Source: Chrysomallon squamiferum
Taxonomy: Eukaryota; Animalia; Mollusca
Reading direction: 5' to 3'
Assembly (NCBI GenBank): GCA_012295275.1
Contig: CM022665.1
Coordinates: 41,912,001 to 41,976,000, forward strand
Length of the DNA stretch: 64,000 bases
Made by a program: the position numbers and the translations under genes. This document shows positions 27,535 through 42,647 of this stretch, piece by piece (the stretch's first letter is position 1; each line of letters opens with the position of its first letter). Below the pieces are notes generated by a model that was given only the letters and a program-made list of their open reading frames with translations, was not told where the DNA came from and made no database searches.

Positions 27535-27988
27535 GCTAATACCACAGATCTCGTTTGAGCATGACATCACGATTAATTGGAGATTTATATTCTTGAATGT
27601 AAAAATATAATTTCTTACTGAATATTTATTGGTTTACTTACATACTACTTATTTTCTCAACTTTTAGTTATAATTCTACAGCGCATTTATTCTTTTGTAT
27701 TCATTAACAGATTCTGAAATAGCACAAATTTCCGTATACAATCGTATATTTCCGTAGGAATAATGTCGGCATTTAACGCTGTAAAGTGTAATACAGACAG
27801 GCCTACTTAAAAATTGCATTATAAATTCTTAATATTTAAAGCCATTCATTATTTATATATGATTTTATTTGTGAAAAGAATATATATATATAATTTTATT
27901 TGTGAAAAGAATATATATATATAATTTATATATGATTTTATTTGTGAAAAGAATATATATATAATTTATATATGATTTTATTTATATA

Positions 27989-28045
<57 letters not shown>

Positions 28046-28458
28046 TTTAAGAAGTAAATCAAATTTACAGTACTGAAAATAAAACATTTAAGCAGTACAC
28101 AACAACAACAATATCAAGAGATTAATAATAAACTGTCATGGCTATATTTCATTATAAAATATTAAAAACAAGAGAAAATCACCATTTTTTTAAAATTAAA
28201 TTTGATTATTATTTCCGGTGCTGAATTTTAATATTATTATAGAGAGTATCTATCTGTAGACTCATCTATAAGGGAGAGTTTTACAATACAGATTATAAGA
28301 ATAGACGGACAGACCGACGATATTTGCTCTGTTGAAATTAGCGAAATTACATAAAAGAATTAGTCTACAACCGGTGCATTTCTAGTTGTTCATTAAACAG
28401 CAGTACCAGAAAATATTTTGAAGATTTAATTGAAAGACTTTTCTGTTAAAGAACAATA
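27535..28458. promoter_or_regulatory. Putative bidirectional promoter and 5'UTRs shared by BIRC6 and TBCB
   Basis: Divergent ATGs separated by 924 bp; local CpG retention; ETS-like ATTTCCGGT at 28211-28219; YY1-like ATGGCGGC at the BIRC6 start codon. Confidence 0.7.
27855..28042. repeat. Short tandem repeat (TGATTTTATTTGTGAAAAGAATATATATATAATT, ~3.5 copies) followed by (AT)n
   Basis: Directly visible repeated unit and an (AT)n tract at ~27991-28042. Confidence 0.85.
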
Positions 28459-29178
28459 ATGTCTGATGATTTTAAAGTTATAACGTCGAAATTTGTTAAT
28501 GTCACTATTACCAGTGTGGCAAATTCGTTCGGCACGGATAAACGTTTCGAGAAAGATCTAACCATTGGGTTATTGAAGGTACTACTATTATTACTAAGCA
28601 ACCAATTTGATTAAGCTATTCGACGTTACAAGGCCGTACATTGACATATATTAAAAACAAATCGCATATCTCTTTATTCATCTACTATCTAATATGCTTT
28701 CAGTAGTATTTATTTAATATACATTGCATTATTATGATAATTATCAGATCAGACTAAGTAGTTCGTGTTATAAAACATAATTATCATGTCCATCGTTAAT
28801 TAATAATAATATAGAAGAAAAAAATGTTATCCATCAAAATCAAAATAAATTTTTAGTATTTATAATAATAATAATAATAATAATAAATTAGATATTAACT
28901 GTTTTTCTTTCTTTTTTTTCTTTTCTTTCTTTCTTTCTTTATATATTTATTTATTTATTAGTCTGGCATTAGGAAGCTATTTTCTTATCTCACAAACACA
29001 TGCATACAGACACACATGACATATTAAATCTGCAGAAAAATCATATTTGATTATTCTGTAATAACAACAAAATGTATTAAAATGATTACAACAGTATCGA
29101 ACATTCAAGGTATTTTTGAAAATAATTTTCGTCAGTTTTTCCTTGTCATGTTTTATTTATTAATTTTATTATTTTAAA

Positions 29179-29214
<36 letters not shown>

Positions 29215-32200
29215 AAAAATGTATGTAAATAATAAATAAAATAAAATAATTCTTTGGAAAATATTAGCTATAAGAAGTTATTTCACATTATATGTATAGT
29301 TTTTAAATTGCATAAAAATTACAACCAATTAATTATTCCTTAAATAATAATAATAATACAAAAATAAATAAGTAAATAAGTAAATAAAATAATTATAGTA
29401 ACAATGGCCACTTCTTTTAATGTAAGTTATAAAATAATTTCAGTAAATATTTTAATCACTGTTATAACAAATTTATAAGTTGCAGAGAAGCATGTAATAT
29501 GTGTTCTGGTGTTACCTGACATTTTTTGATTAAATAAATAGTTACTGACTAATTATTTCAAAATGGATGGTAAAATGAGTTATTTCCCTTGTTATAATCA
29601 GTCCAGCTTTGATTCATTTTATTGTTTAGTAAAAATAAAAAAAATAAAAACCCAGAATATTATTTGAATAGCACCTTCTAATATTATTATATTATACAAA
29701 ATATTTCCATTTCTCCATGATTCATTAGTTGTAGCTATGTCTTTAGGTTAATGATCAATGTCTTTTGTTCAGCTGTAGAAGCATACCTGTTCTGACTGTT
29801 ATCCTAAGGAAGGTTTGTGGCTCTGGTGTGTATTCTCTGTAGGAAACTGCATTCAAAAAGTCCATGCTTCTATTGAATAAGAGTGGCTCTTGAAGAAGTG
29901 GCAGTAGTTATCATTTTAAATAAAACATATTTGATATCTTATAACCATTTCTATTAAAATCATTTAAGATATCATTACAGTTTTTTTTTTTTATTCAATA
30001 GCATTTAGGAACTTTTTCAACAATAAATAAGCAGTCTAATGATATTCTTTCTTTTTAATGTGTTTGTGTGCGTTGTGCTATTTCTATTTCATAGCTTTAT
30101 TGCATTTTGATGGGGGGTTTTTTATTTATAAAAAATAACCAAAATGTTAAGTGTATATTTTCACATTTTCTGCAGGGTAAGCTTGAAATGATTTCTGGAG
30201 CACCAGCAAGCACAATGAAGTGTATTGTTTATGACAAGGATAATAAGAAGGTCTGTGTATTGGATAATGACAATGCACTTCTTGGATCATATCCTGTGGA
30301 TGATGGCATGACCATTTTTGTAAGAACATTTTTTTTTTTTTTTTTTTTTTTCTTTTTTAAAAAATATTTTTAAGCAAAAGAAATTTTAAATATATATCTT
30401 TTTATCAGTAGTTTTTTTATTATTATTTTTTATTTTTTTATTTTTCTGGGTGGTTTTTTTTGTATGTTTGTTATTAATTTTTATACTGATGTTAATGATT
30501 AATTCATTTGTTCTGTTTGAGACCAATTAATATATTATTTATTTATTTATTTATTTCATCAATCATTCATTCATTCCATCAGCAAGTCATTCCAGAGTGA
30601 AACTGTTTTTCTAATAAAACAAAATTGTAATAACAAGACTATATATGTGTCATTTAAATACAAATTTCTTCCTTGTGGATAATTTAATCTCAGAAATAAA
30701 ATAACTTTAAAAAAAAAAGGCTTAAGTATATTTATGTGTTGATGAGATATTACTTTTATTTTCAAGGGCTTAGAGTGAAAAAAAATAATTTTTTTTCTTT
30801 TATAGCAAGCAATTAGTTTTCTTTTATCACTTACATGTGAATATATATATTCAAAATGATACTGGCAGTTTTATAGATAATTATAGATATATGATTTTTT
30901 TTAATATAGTAAGGTACAAATAGTAAAACAACATTTGAAATAGCTAGAGAAAACCAGAAACACACACACACGCACACACACACATACCAACCACATAATA
31001 TCATACATTCATGCACCCAACTAGGCACAAACACAAAGAAGAAAAAAGCCGAAAGCCCTGCTCCAAAAATACCATAACAGTTTGTTGCTTATATATGTAT
31101 GTCATGAAATATGGAGTAGAATTAAACTTGGTTAATACATAACTTTATTTCATTTATAACATTAATTTAAAAAGAGAGAAGAATAAAAAATTATAGAAAT
31201 CTTCAGAACTGAGAAAACATTTTTGTCATTTCATCAGATGTGTGTTATTGTTAAAATATTTTAGTGACATGTTTTCCTTCTGATGATTTTAGGTTGAAGA
31301 CAGTAGTTTAAAAAAAGGTGAATTTGAAGATGTGTCAAATGTGGAAAAATTTGAACTCTCGAAAGAAGAATATGAAAAGAGGACAGGTATGCATAGCTTG
31401 ACAAAGTTATTTTTTAGTTTGCTTTATTTATCTTAGAGTTATATATTAGACATGACCTCAAAACAAAATAAAGGTACATACATGTATATATATTGTTTCC
31501 ATTACACAACTTGATTGAAGAAAAATCTTGATTTGTGAAGATGAAACAAATTTCTTGATGATGAAGGAAATTATAATTTCCAGTGCACTTTACACCATCT
31601 TAAAATTTATTTTATGTAATTGTTTTGTGAAATTTTTATTTATTTAATGTTTTTTAATTTATTTTATTTTTTATTATATATTATTTTTTTACCTGTAACG
31701 TCACATCAACTGTTACACAGCAGAATTAAAACATGACAAAGTATAATACAGATTTTTTGGATCAGATGCCAATAAGAATCACAAACAGATAAATATATAC
31801 CCTTTATAGCATGCCATTTTATTATTATTATTGTTGTTGTTATTATTAATGCTATTATTACTATTATTATTACTATTACTATTATTATTATTATGATTAC
31901 CATAGATTCTGTAAAAGCTTTTAAAGAAAGAAACAAACTGGGTAGATTTAATGAAGAACAAGCTGCCATCAGAGAAGAACAGAGAAAAAAAAGAGAAGAA
32001 GAAGAAAAATTAAAAGCAGAAAGTATCAAGGTTGGAGACAGGTATGTTTTATATATTTATTAACCTTATGAATAATGCATGTGAAAAATCTCTCCTAACA
32101 TTCCTTTGGCTGAGAAACTTTACTCTAATAATTTATATATCTCACTGCTTTATATAATAACAATGAATGATAAAATAATTTAAAATAGTGTTGATTGAGA

Positions 32201-32958
32201 TAGAATGGTTACTTTACTCTCTTTTTTTTTCTTTTGGGACTTTTTCATTCAAAAATATCTGGGAATTTTGCACTGAATTAGGTTTTTGTTTTTGTTTCAA
32301 CGATACCTATTGTGTGAAAACTTTTGTGTGACACTGCAATGATTATGATAGGTAGTTTTTAATACAGTTCACCTTTTTGTTACCAGAACTGAAAATAATA
32401 TTTAAATTTTTAAAAACAAATTATTTTATGGAATCAAAAATAAAATTGTGGCCAACAAAAGCATATCCATTTGAAACAATGAATGTGTTAAACTGACAGT
32501 AGCAATGTTTCTGTGTAGTAAACTATAGTAATTTTACACACAATTAGGTAAATAATTCATTTCATTATTGTTTTGTTTCTTCAGGTGTGAAGTGCGGGTT
32601 GCTGGACAGCCTACTAAGAGAGGAGTGGTAAAATATGTTGGTAAGATTAATTTTTATATATCCAAAAAAAAATAAGGCATCCTCAGCTTTAATTTTTGAA
32701 TAAGACCCACTAGCTTATTTTATTTCTTGTGCTATGGTGTGATTAAATAAGCATAATTATGAAATAAAATAAAATAATTTTATAATGTGATAATTTGGAT
32801 CAGAATAAAACAAAATACAGGGCCTTAATAGAGACATGATAAAAAAAAAAAAAAAAAAAAAATTAAATTCTGGAGAATAGGAGCCAATATATCCTCTAAT
32901 TGTTATTTGTATTTGTTTTTGTAAATTATTTTTTAAAATGTCATTAGTACTGCAGATG

Positions 32959-32996
<38 letters not shown>

Positions 32997-34012
32997 ATAG
33001 ATATAACTGTTTATAAATGTCACTTCTGGTTTCACTGAGTCACAAATTGATGTTATTACTTAACAGATAAATATTTGTAGGAATATAAACAGCCTGTAGA
33101 GAATTCCTCAGAATTTTCTATTTTTAATACTGGTTTTAATATCACAAATGGATTTAGTCAATTATATTCCACATATTCTAAAGAATAAATATAAATGTAT
33201 TTCTTAAAGTTAATGATTACAATTTTTATTTAATTTTTTATAAAAATTTTTTATTTATTATTTATTTATTGTTTTTTTTTTTTTTTTTTAATATAATTTT
33301 ATTTTATTTTTTATTTTTTTTTTATTTCTTTATAAACTTATGTGTTTTTTTTTTATTTTTATTTAATATACATTAAATGTTTTTATTTAATCAGTAAAAC
33401 GCTATGTTTGATTTAAACCCAGGTCTGGCAGACTTCAAACCAGGATACTGGATAGGTGTACACTATGATGAACCACACGGAAAGCATGATGGCAGGTGTG
33501 TATAATTTAACATGTTAATATTTTACCTTCATATTCACAAACATATTCTCACATAAATTTGTAGTTATTTTCTCACAAGTTACAAAAAGGTTTTAAAGAC
33601 TGAGTTCCCAATGCTTCTGCTAGTTGATTTTAACAGTACTAGGTCATCTTCCAGAAAACCGTAATTAATGGTATTACTTTGAATCTGTTAAATAGAGTTT
33701 TATGGTTTATTTCATATTTTAAGTGTATTTCATGTCTGGACAGATTAAAAGTTTGGTAGTGTGTAATTATTATATATTCTCTGGAATATATATTTTTTTT
33801 CCCTTAACAGTAACTAAAGGATAAATGATTTAGATGTTTAAAACAGTATTTCTATCCATAATTCACAGATTGATTTTTTTTTTTTTTTTTTTTTCAGTGT
33901 CAATGGAAAACGTTACTTTGAATGTCCAGACAAGTATGGTGCTTTTGTGAAACCAATGTCAGTCGAAGTCGGTGATTTTCCTGAGGAAGATTTCGACATT
34001 GATGAGATGTAG
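28459..34012 (+). CDS. TBCB: Tubulin-folding cofactor B (N-terminal ubiquitin-like domain, coiled coil, C-terminal CAP-Gly), complete, 245 aa
   Basis: Exons 28459-28578, 30176-30319, 31293-31386, 31906-32041, 32585-32640, 33423-33495, 33898-34012 total 738 nt, all GT-AG and in phase. Translation includes [52 protein letters not shown]-Gly [37 protein letters not shown], and ends [13 protein letters not shown]. Confidence 0.96.
30637..30703 (+). repeat. 67-bp dispersed repeat, inverted copy of 25603-25669
   Basis: GACTATATATGTGTCATTTAAATACAAATTTCTTCCTTGTGGATAATTTAATCTC..AATAAA followed by an A-run. Confidence 0.8.
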
Positions 34013-34713
34013 AAAAAACAAAACAAAAAATATATTGAAAAAAAAAAAAAAAAGTCAACAAAAGAAAAAACTACATAGTAACTTTTGCTGTAGATTAATG
34101 AAGAACAAAGAAAAGAAAAATTCATTTATACATGTAACGTTGTGCGATTTAAATGTGAAATTATTTTTTTATTTTTTTGTTTAAATATTCTGCTTCAAGT
34201 CCTGTTCAGCACTTTAAGCTTGTGAGGACATTATTTTCTATTTTTTATTTTTTATTTTTTTTTATTTTATGTAAGCATTAAAATGTAAGCTGCTGATCTC
34301 ATGGATATAATCATCATGCATGTTGTGTTTATGTGTAAGTGCAGTTTACTGATTGATATGTGTATATATGATGAAAAAAAATCCAGAGATCTGTTTTTAT
34401 TATCACCTGTGATAATTTGAATTTGTCCTCTTAAGACAGTTGGCTGCTTTATACAGTTGATTTTTTTGTCAACAACAGTCCTCTTTAAACTGTTGACTGC
34501 TATACACAGGTCACTCGGGGCCTATTTTCATACTTCTGGTATTATTTGCTAAACAACTATATGGAAATTTTGTTTTTATTTGGAAGAAGTATTTATTTTA
34601 CAAATTTTACTTAGAATCATTTTCTTATCTTTGCAATCACTTTATGCCTACTGTATATTTGGATTAAAAGAAATAATTTAAACACAGTCTGCTTCTCAGT
34701 ATTATTTCTGTGA

Positions 34714-34719
34714 AATAAA
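34714..34719 (+). terminator. Candidate polyadenylation signal (AATAAA) for TBCB
   Basis: AATAAA ~700 bp after the stop, followed by GT/T-rich sequence. The AT-rich background makes this weak. Confidence 0.3.
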
Positions 34720-34887
34720 TAAAATTTAAGATATAAAACAACATTAAGGAGTGTTTTAAAGTAGATGTTTCATTACATTTGCTCTGTATTATCAAATGTA
34801 TTTACAGCATCTTTTGTAGGTTCTTTGTAATATCAGTTTGATAAATATTATTTATTTGTTTATTTATTTTATTTATTTGATATTTTG

Positions 34888-34931
<44 letters not shown>

Positions 34932-36109
34932 TTCATTACTATTATTTTATTTCCTTTTTTAAATTTAATATTTCATTTTTATTTTCTTTCATGGATTTTA
35001 ACATTTTATTTCATTATTATTATTATTATTATTTTTTTTTTTTTTTTTTATTATATACAGTTTCGTCAGCTTTTGGATAAGAAATGAATTTTTTGGTTAA
35101 TATCAGTCTTTGAGAAAAATAAGCTCTGTATTTGATCCTTATACTGAATGAAAAGAAAAGATTCAAAAAAGAAAATATTAATGAAATATTAGAAAAGCTT
35201 TCAGGGAAAATTAAATAAAAAAAAACATTTTGATTGAAGGCATAGAAATAATGTTCCTAAGAAAGCTTTAATAATAAAAATGCTGTTACAAATTAAAACT
35301 GGAAGAAAAAACAAGAAAATATTGAAAAAAAAAAAAGAAAGAAAAATGAAAAGCAAAAATGATAAGATCTAATTATTCAGAAATTAACAAATCCTTTACA
35401 AGAAATAAAATTATTAATGACCACAAAAACCCACAGAATTAAAAATTAAAATTGAAAAAAAAAAAAAAAAAAAAAAATTGAAACTTCAGAGGAAAAAATT
35501 AAAAACGAATGAAATACTAGTTAATGATAAATACGTGTTTCAAACTGGTTAGAATCTTTAAAGAAATTTTTAATGAGAAAAACATTACTGTGAAGCAATG
35601 AGAAAAAGGCCTAATCTGAAAAGAAATTTACAGGTTTTTATACAGATTACAAAAACAACAATTGAAAATAAATAGTAGAAAGGTTAAATATCTGATATAT
35701 TAAATGATACTCAATTTAAAAAAAAAATGAAACTACAATAATAGAATAAATCAAGTTTAAATCATATTGAAAATTTGATTCCATTCCAATTTACAATTTC
35801 ATTACAGGAGCATCATTCTTTCGACAAACAGTTTTATGCTTTGCAATACAAAGCTGTCATACCAATTCTGCAGTATTTCAGTCCTTGAATCGATAAAATT
35901 CCACATCAAAAGAAAATCTCTTCTCTGTTATTTTTTTTTTTTAAATTTGTTTATTATCTTGCTTGACCAGAATATCAGTATAGGTTATGAAGAACTGTGT
36001 CACCCTGTGAAGAATTTAGTTAAATTTAATATAGGAAAAATAAATTGGGGAAAAAAGAAAGATATCATATATTTAACAATGCACGCAAAACATATTTGAT
36101 TATTATGGC

Positions 36110-36290
36110 ATTGTACATGTGGTTAAGATACTTTATCCCAGCTAGCAACAAGGGAAGTTCTTTAGGCACAATAGCACAGACAGGGTAGTACATGTCATGG
36201 TTTTGTTACACCAGCTGCAGAGCAATAGCAGGAATGGGAAAAAACTTGAACAAAAAGATGCTCTACTATTGAGTTATTTCCCACTCTGTC
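36110..36290 (+). mobile_element. Degenerate SINE-like interspersed repeat fragment
   Basis: GC-richer island TAGCAACAAGGG..CACAGACAGGGTAGTACAT..TTTGTTACACCAG resembles the reverse complement of ~56990-57130 and the segment at ~59245-59295. Confidence 0.5.
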
Positions 36291-36623
36291 AGTAAGAAAT
36301 AACAACAACAACAACAACAATAATTCATTTGGTTTGTTGCACAACAACAACAACAACAACAACAATAATAATAATTAATAATAATTATTATAATAATTCA
36401 TTTGGTTGGTTTGCCAGTTATCATGTAATTATACTTATAAAGCATTAACAGATTAGAAGGTTAAACATTAAAGACAAAAATATACAATACAGAGATGGTA
36501 TCACAAAATAATGGCAGAACATTTTTGATAAAAATAGTAAATTAATTAATTAATAGATACAACAACAATGATAATAATAATAAGAATATAATAATAATTA
36601 ACAGAGAAAGTAAGTTAAAGTAC

Positions 36624-36657
<34 letters not shown>

Positions 36658-37817
36658 AACCACCTTAAAACCCCAATATTATCCACCTACAGCAAGGAAT
36701 CTGTTTTTCATTAAGAAATCTTGAAATCTTAGGACTGCTTTTTACTGCATCCTGTGTTAATAATAGCTGTTTTAAAATAACCAGTGCACTGCTTCTATTT
36801 AAATGACTGATGATAGTGTGCGACATGTCATTAACTTTCTGTTAACAGAATATCAAATTGAAAAGGGCGATAGAATATGTGTAAGCTACAGCTAATGTGT
36901 TTTTTCTTCAACTTTTTACGCACGTTTTTACCTCTTATTTTTATTTTTATCTCTTATTTATTTATTTATTTATTTATTTTATTTTATTTTATTTTATTTT
37001 ATTTTAAATTGTTTTTATTTAATTTATTCTTTGTTTAAACGACATAGTCACATACTATGCATAGGCCTTTCCCATTAAAGCCAGTTCACAACAAGCTGCT
37101 CATCCTGCATGACGCTGTTGCTGATGTTGTTGTTGTTGTCATTATGTATGTGAGAAGTGCACTTAAAATATTCTTTACTGCTAATAAAAAAAATAAATAA
37201 ATAAAAAAAAATAGCCTTTCTGTCTCCTCACCTTTGTGATCAGTCGTAAATAATAAATTTACTGCATCATTAAATTAAAACCAGTTTCTTTCATTTCTTA
37301 CGCTCTGCTCCACTCCACTACTGTGGCCCTAAGTGGAAGACTGTGGATCATGACTCTGGACCAACTCCTCGCCAGACCTGATTGGTCTACTCCTTAAATA
37401 TGAACCAAACCAGAGAAGCTCCAAGGCTTTGTGTGTCCATTACAGACGTGTTTTAGAAAGAAAGAAAAAAAAAAAGTTAACTGGCTGAGTGATTTCTAAA
37501 TGCACTGTGACATTATCAAATGGTTCTTTGGCTAGCATAGATGATCACTTCCATTTTCATTATTCTCTTTTCAACACCTTTTTTTTTAAAATTATTATTA
37601 TTTATTATTATTATTATCCCCCCTTGTCTTCATTATTAACCAGAAAGTTAACTTTAAAATGCTAACGTTCAGACAAGGACAACGTGACCACGAGGCACGA
37701 CGTCTGTGAATAACAATGTGTGTGAAGATGTGGAACTCGAGCATACGTAATCTAATAAGTTTTTCTCACTGGCAATGATTTTATTCTGGAATCTTTATTG
37801 AGAATCAATGTTTTGAC

Positions 37818-39312
<1,495 letters not shown>

Positions 39313-41215
39313 TATTTTCAGAAATCAATGTGGAACGTCTTGTGGATATTTGAATAACTGGATTATAACGGGGCACACGTGCAGTTCTGCAGTGCAAAGG
39401 AGATAATGATTACTAATCGGCTGCAGCGATACGTTTCAAATCTGTCTGGGTAATTCCATTATCATTCCGACGTGCAATCCATTAGTCGTATTACTAGCTG
39501 TAATATTGGTGTTCCAGATTTCACGGTTTGATGAGACCACCGAGACAACGTCATGTTGATTGTCCACGTGATGCTGATGGTTCACGGGACGTTGGTGATT
39601 TCCACTAGAGGGCGCAATTAAAGATTAACACAAGAGAACGTAATTATAACGATGATTATTTTCGTTCATTTAAATCTGACTGTAAGATTATTTATATTTA
39701 TTGCTGTTGTTCTCCTGATGATGATGATGATGATGATGATGACGATGGTGATGGTAATTTTGTTGTTGATGATGATGATGATGATGATGTTGTTATTGTA
39801 AGAATATTTATTAGACTGCGATGAATTTTGAATTGTATTAATATTTGCTGTTCTCAATGATGACGATGATGATGGTGATGATGGTGGTAATGTTGTTATT
39901 ATTGCTGCTGATGATGATGATGACGATGATGAGAAAGGAGACAATACAAAATTCGTTAAACGACGATCATTTCTAAAATAAATTCTGTCAAGTTTAAAAG
40001 ACAAACTGTGTACGAAGTAATAATTTTAAAAACAAAATAAAAGAATATATTTAAAAGTTTCTTTAAGTACGCTCACGAAAATGTAGGTAAAAGCTAATGG
40101 CGATATTATGATGCGACTATGACGATAATAATAACGACGAGGACTTCGTGACATCCATTTTGTATAGTCACATGCACTTTTTGGACGAAACTAGAAATAC
40201 TTTTCGAAACATTAGACCAAAAAATACAGAACAAATTTAAATTTATTTTAAGATAAAAGCCTTCATCATAATGGCAGTTAAACAGAACACATTTGACTTA
40301 TTTTCTTCTTGTCAAATGTTTCCCTGTTTATTCTGACTCAGCTAATCTCACAGTGTCAGAGAAATCGTAAGACATTTCTGCAGACACGACCCTCCAGAGA
40401 CCCGCTTCTTCAAAAAACTGCTTGCTTGATGTAACGTCTGTGCCATTAACCAGCTCCTTGCTATGATCTTAGGAAATAAAGCTTAAGCTAGGACTGTTCA
40501 AGATTCAATGGCAATAAAACACAGAGTGGTACAGCTGAATGTAAACTTGTAAATCATTTTCGCGACCTTGTCCTTGTCTACACAAGTGGACGGTCGTAAA
40601 CTGTATGAAAATCTGTAATGGTACTCAAAAGATGACTATCCTGGGTTTCCTTATGGCAGCATTTGCACAATGGCCTATTATGCAAAATGAATTAGATGTT
40701 GGAATACGGATAAAGCAATGTATTGAATGACCCTGTTTAATTTGCTGATGGAACAAATCATAAATACGCAATGTTCTGCAATAGCGATTTTTTCTTTGCT
40801 TCAGTTTTCAAGTGCGATACGTACGAAGAAGATTCTTTGTTCAGTCAACTTTGGGTAGGACTCGATTCAAGAAACCTTCCAGAAATCAGATTACGTCCCA
40901 ACCATAAAACCAGTGGATTAACCATTTTTCTCTTGAGACCCGCTTTTCATTTATTTATGACAGAATCCGATCTCTACTTGAACTTTTTTTGCATTGTAAA
41001 TTAATAATGGCTAGGTTTGTATTTCAACCAGAACATTATCTACGTTATCTGGTGAATTATTGAATATGTAAAACATAATAGCCGTATAGGTTATTACAAA
41101 TTGAACAGAACGTTTGATTTGAAAATGTGTTCTGTTTATCAGTAGATGATGCATGTATATCAATAACACTAACTTAATAATGGTAATTACAAGCTGTTGA
41201 CATTTAGATCTGGTA

Positions 41216-41419
41216 CTTTCTGAATTAGATTTGTCTTTGAGCGCAAACAACTCTCTTATCTCTGAGCAACATAAAGCTAAATCTACAAAAACTAGTTCTG
41301 ATGTCTACCAGCCTCTTTCTGAATTAGATTTGTCTCTATAGCAAACAGCTCTGTTATCTCTGAGCAACATAAAGCTAAATCTACAAAAACTAGTTCTGAG
41401 GTCTACCAGCCTCTTTCTG
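41216..41419. repeat. ~99-bp tandem duplication (2 copies)
   Basis: CTTTCTGAATTAGATTTGTCT...AGTTCTGA.GTCTACCAGCCT begins at 41216 and 41315. Confidence 0.9.
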
Positions 41420-41536
41420 GCATGAAGATTAATCCTTGGCCTTCATGATGTTACCTTGTATATGCCTATACAAAAAACTATGTGAGAGTTCAAATCTATT
41501 AGACTGGCCTATATGTCTCCAGTATATCTGGTTTGA

Positions 41537-41567
<31 letters not shown>

Positions 41568-42568
41568 CGTGCGTGCGTGTGTGTCATGTCCAAGCCAGGT
41601 TACGGTTAAAAGATTAACAACAAAATACGATTTAAAAACAAATGAATTAACGGTGATTATTAACTTATAAGATTTAAGAGTTTTTCGTATCAGAAGTGAG
41701 CGGACCAGTGGCTAACTAATGCAAAAATGATTTAAAATTTTAATATTTAACGGCTTCTCCTCAGCGAACGGGAATAATGGATAACTGAGATTATAAAATG
41801 ATTTATAAAGTGTAATATTTTTTTTTATAGAAGACGGACGTGAAACATGGGTTATGTGTTGACGTCCGGTGTTTTGGAAAAAATGAAAGCAAGTCAGCCA
41901 TCTTGCGCGATTCCGCTGACTGCCGCTGGAACCAGACTGCAACATTAAAACTGACTGGAGCATGAATAAATCATCTACGTGACTGACAAATGTACGGCGT
42001 CATTGATTTACCGGGTTGGGAGGCGAGCGCGGTGCTGCTACTCTGACCTCCAAACTAATCCTAATACTTTCTTGTGTCAAAATATTTCACTTCAGATTAA
42101 ATTCACTCGAAAATTGATTGCCATTCTAACGCAGACTGATTGCCGGCCGACAGGCTGATGCTAGGTACTCTGTTCATAGCAAATGCTTCGATGGGACGCC
42201 ATTTTTCTTTGTTGATTTTCATTCCAACAATGGAGCAAATTGGAGACAAATGTCTTAACGTCCTTTGATATTTATTGTTGCACTTAGACCCTCGCTGAGG
42301 TCGTTAGTGATAGTGGAGGGATTAGGAGGAATTTAATTTAATCTTCTGACACTTGCTTACTTCTGTTCAGTGTTAAACTATGCTACACGTGGGATCTAAT
42401 CGTATTCTCACGAGAAAAGCGTTTCTAGTTTTGAAAAAAATTTCGGCATGTTTGGTGTAGGTTAAGTTTCATATGGCATTAGAAGCAGGATTACATTCTT
42501 TAAGATACACTGCAGATGCTACTTTTCTTTTCCCTAACGTAGCATTTACACATGTGTGTGTGTATGTG

Positions 42569-42570
<2 letters not shown>

Positions 42571-42642
<72 letters not shown>
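42571..42642. repeat. (GA)n microsatellite
   Basis: Perfect tract. Confidence 0.95.

Positions 42643-42647
<5 letters not shown>

Noticed and set aside
134-34012. U12-type (AT-AC or GTATCCT) introns and intronic snoRNAs
   Set aside because: All traced introns are GT-AG with U2-like donors; no convincing C/D box pair with a terminal stem was seen by eye.
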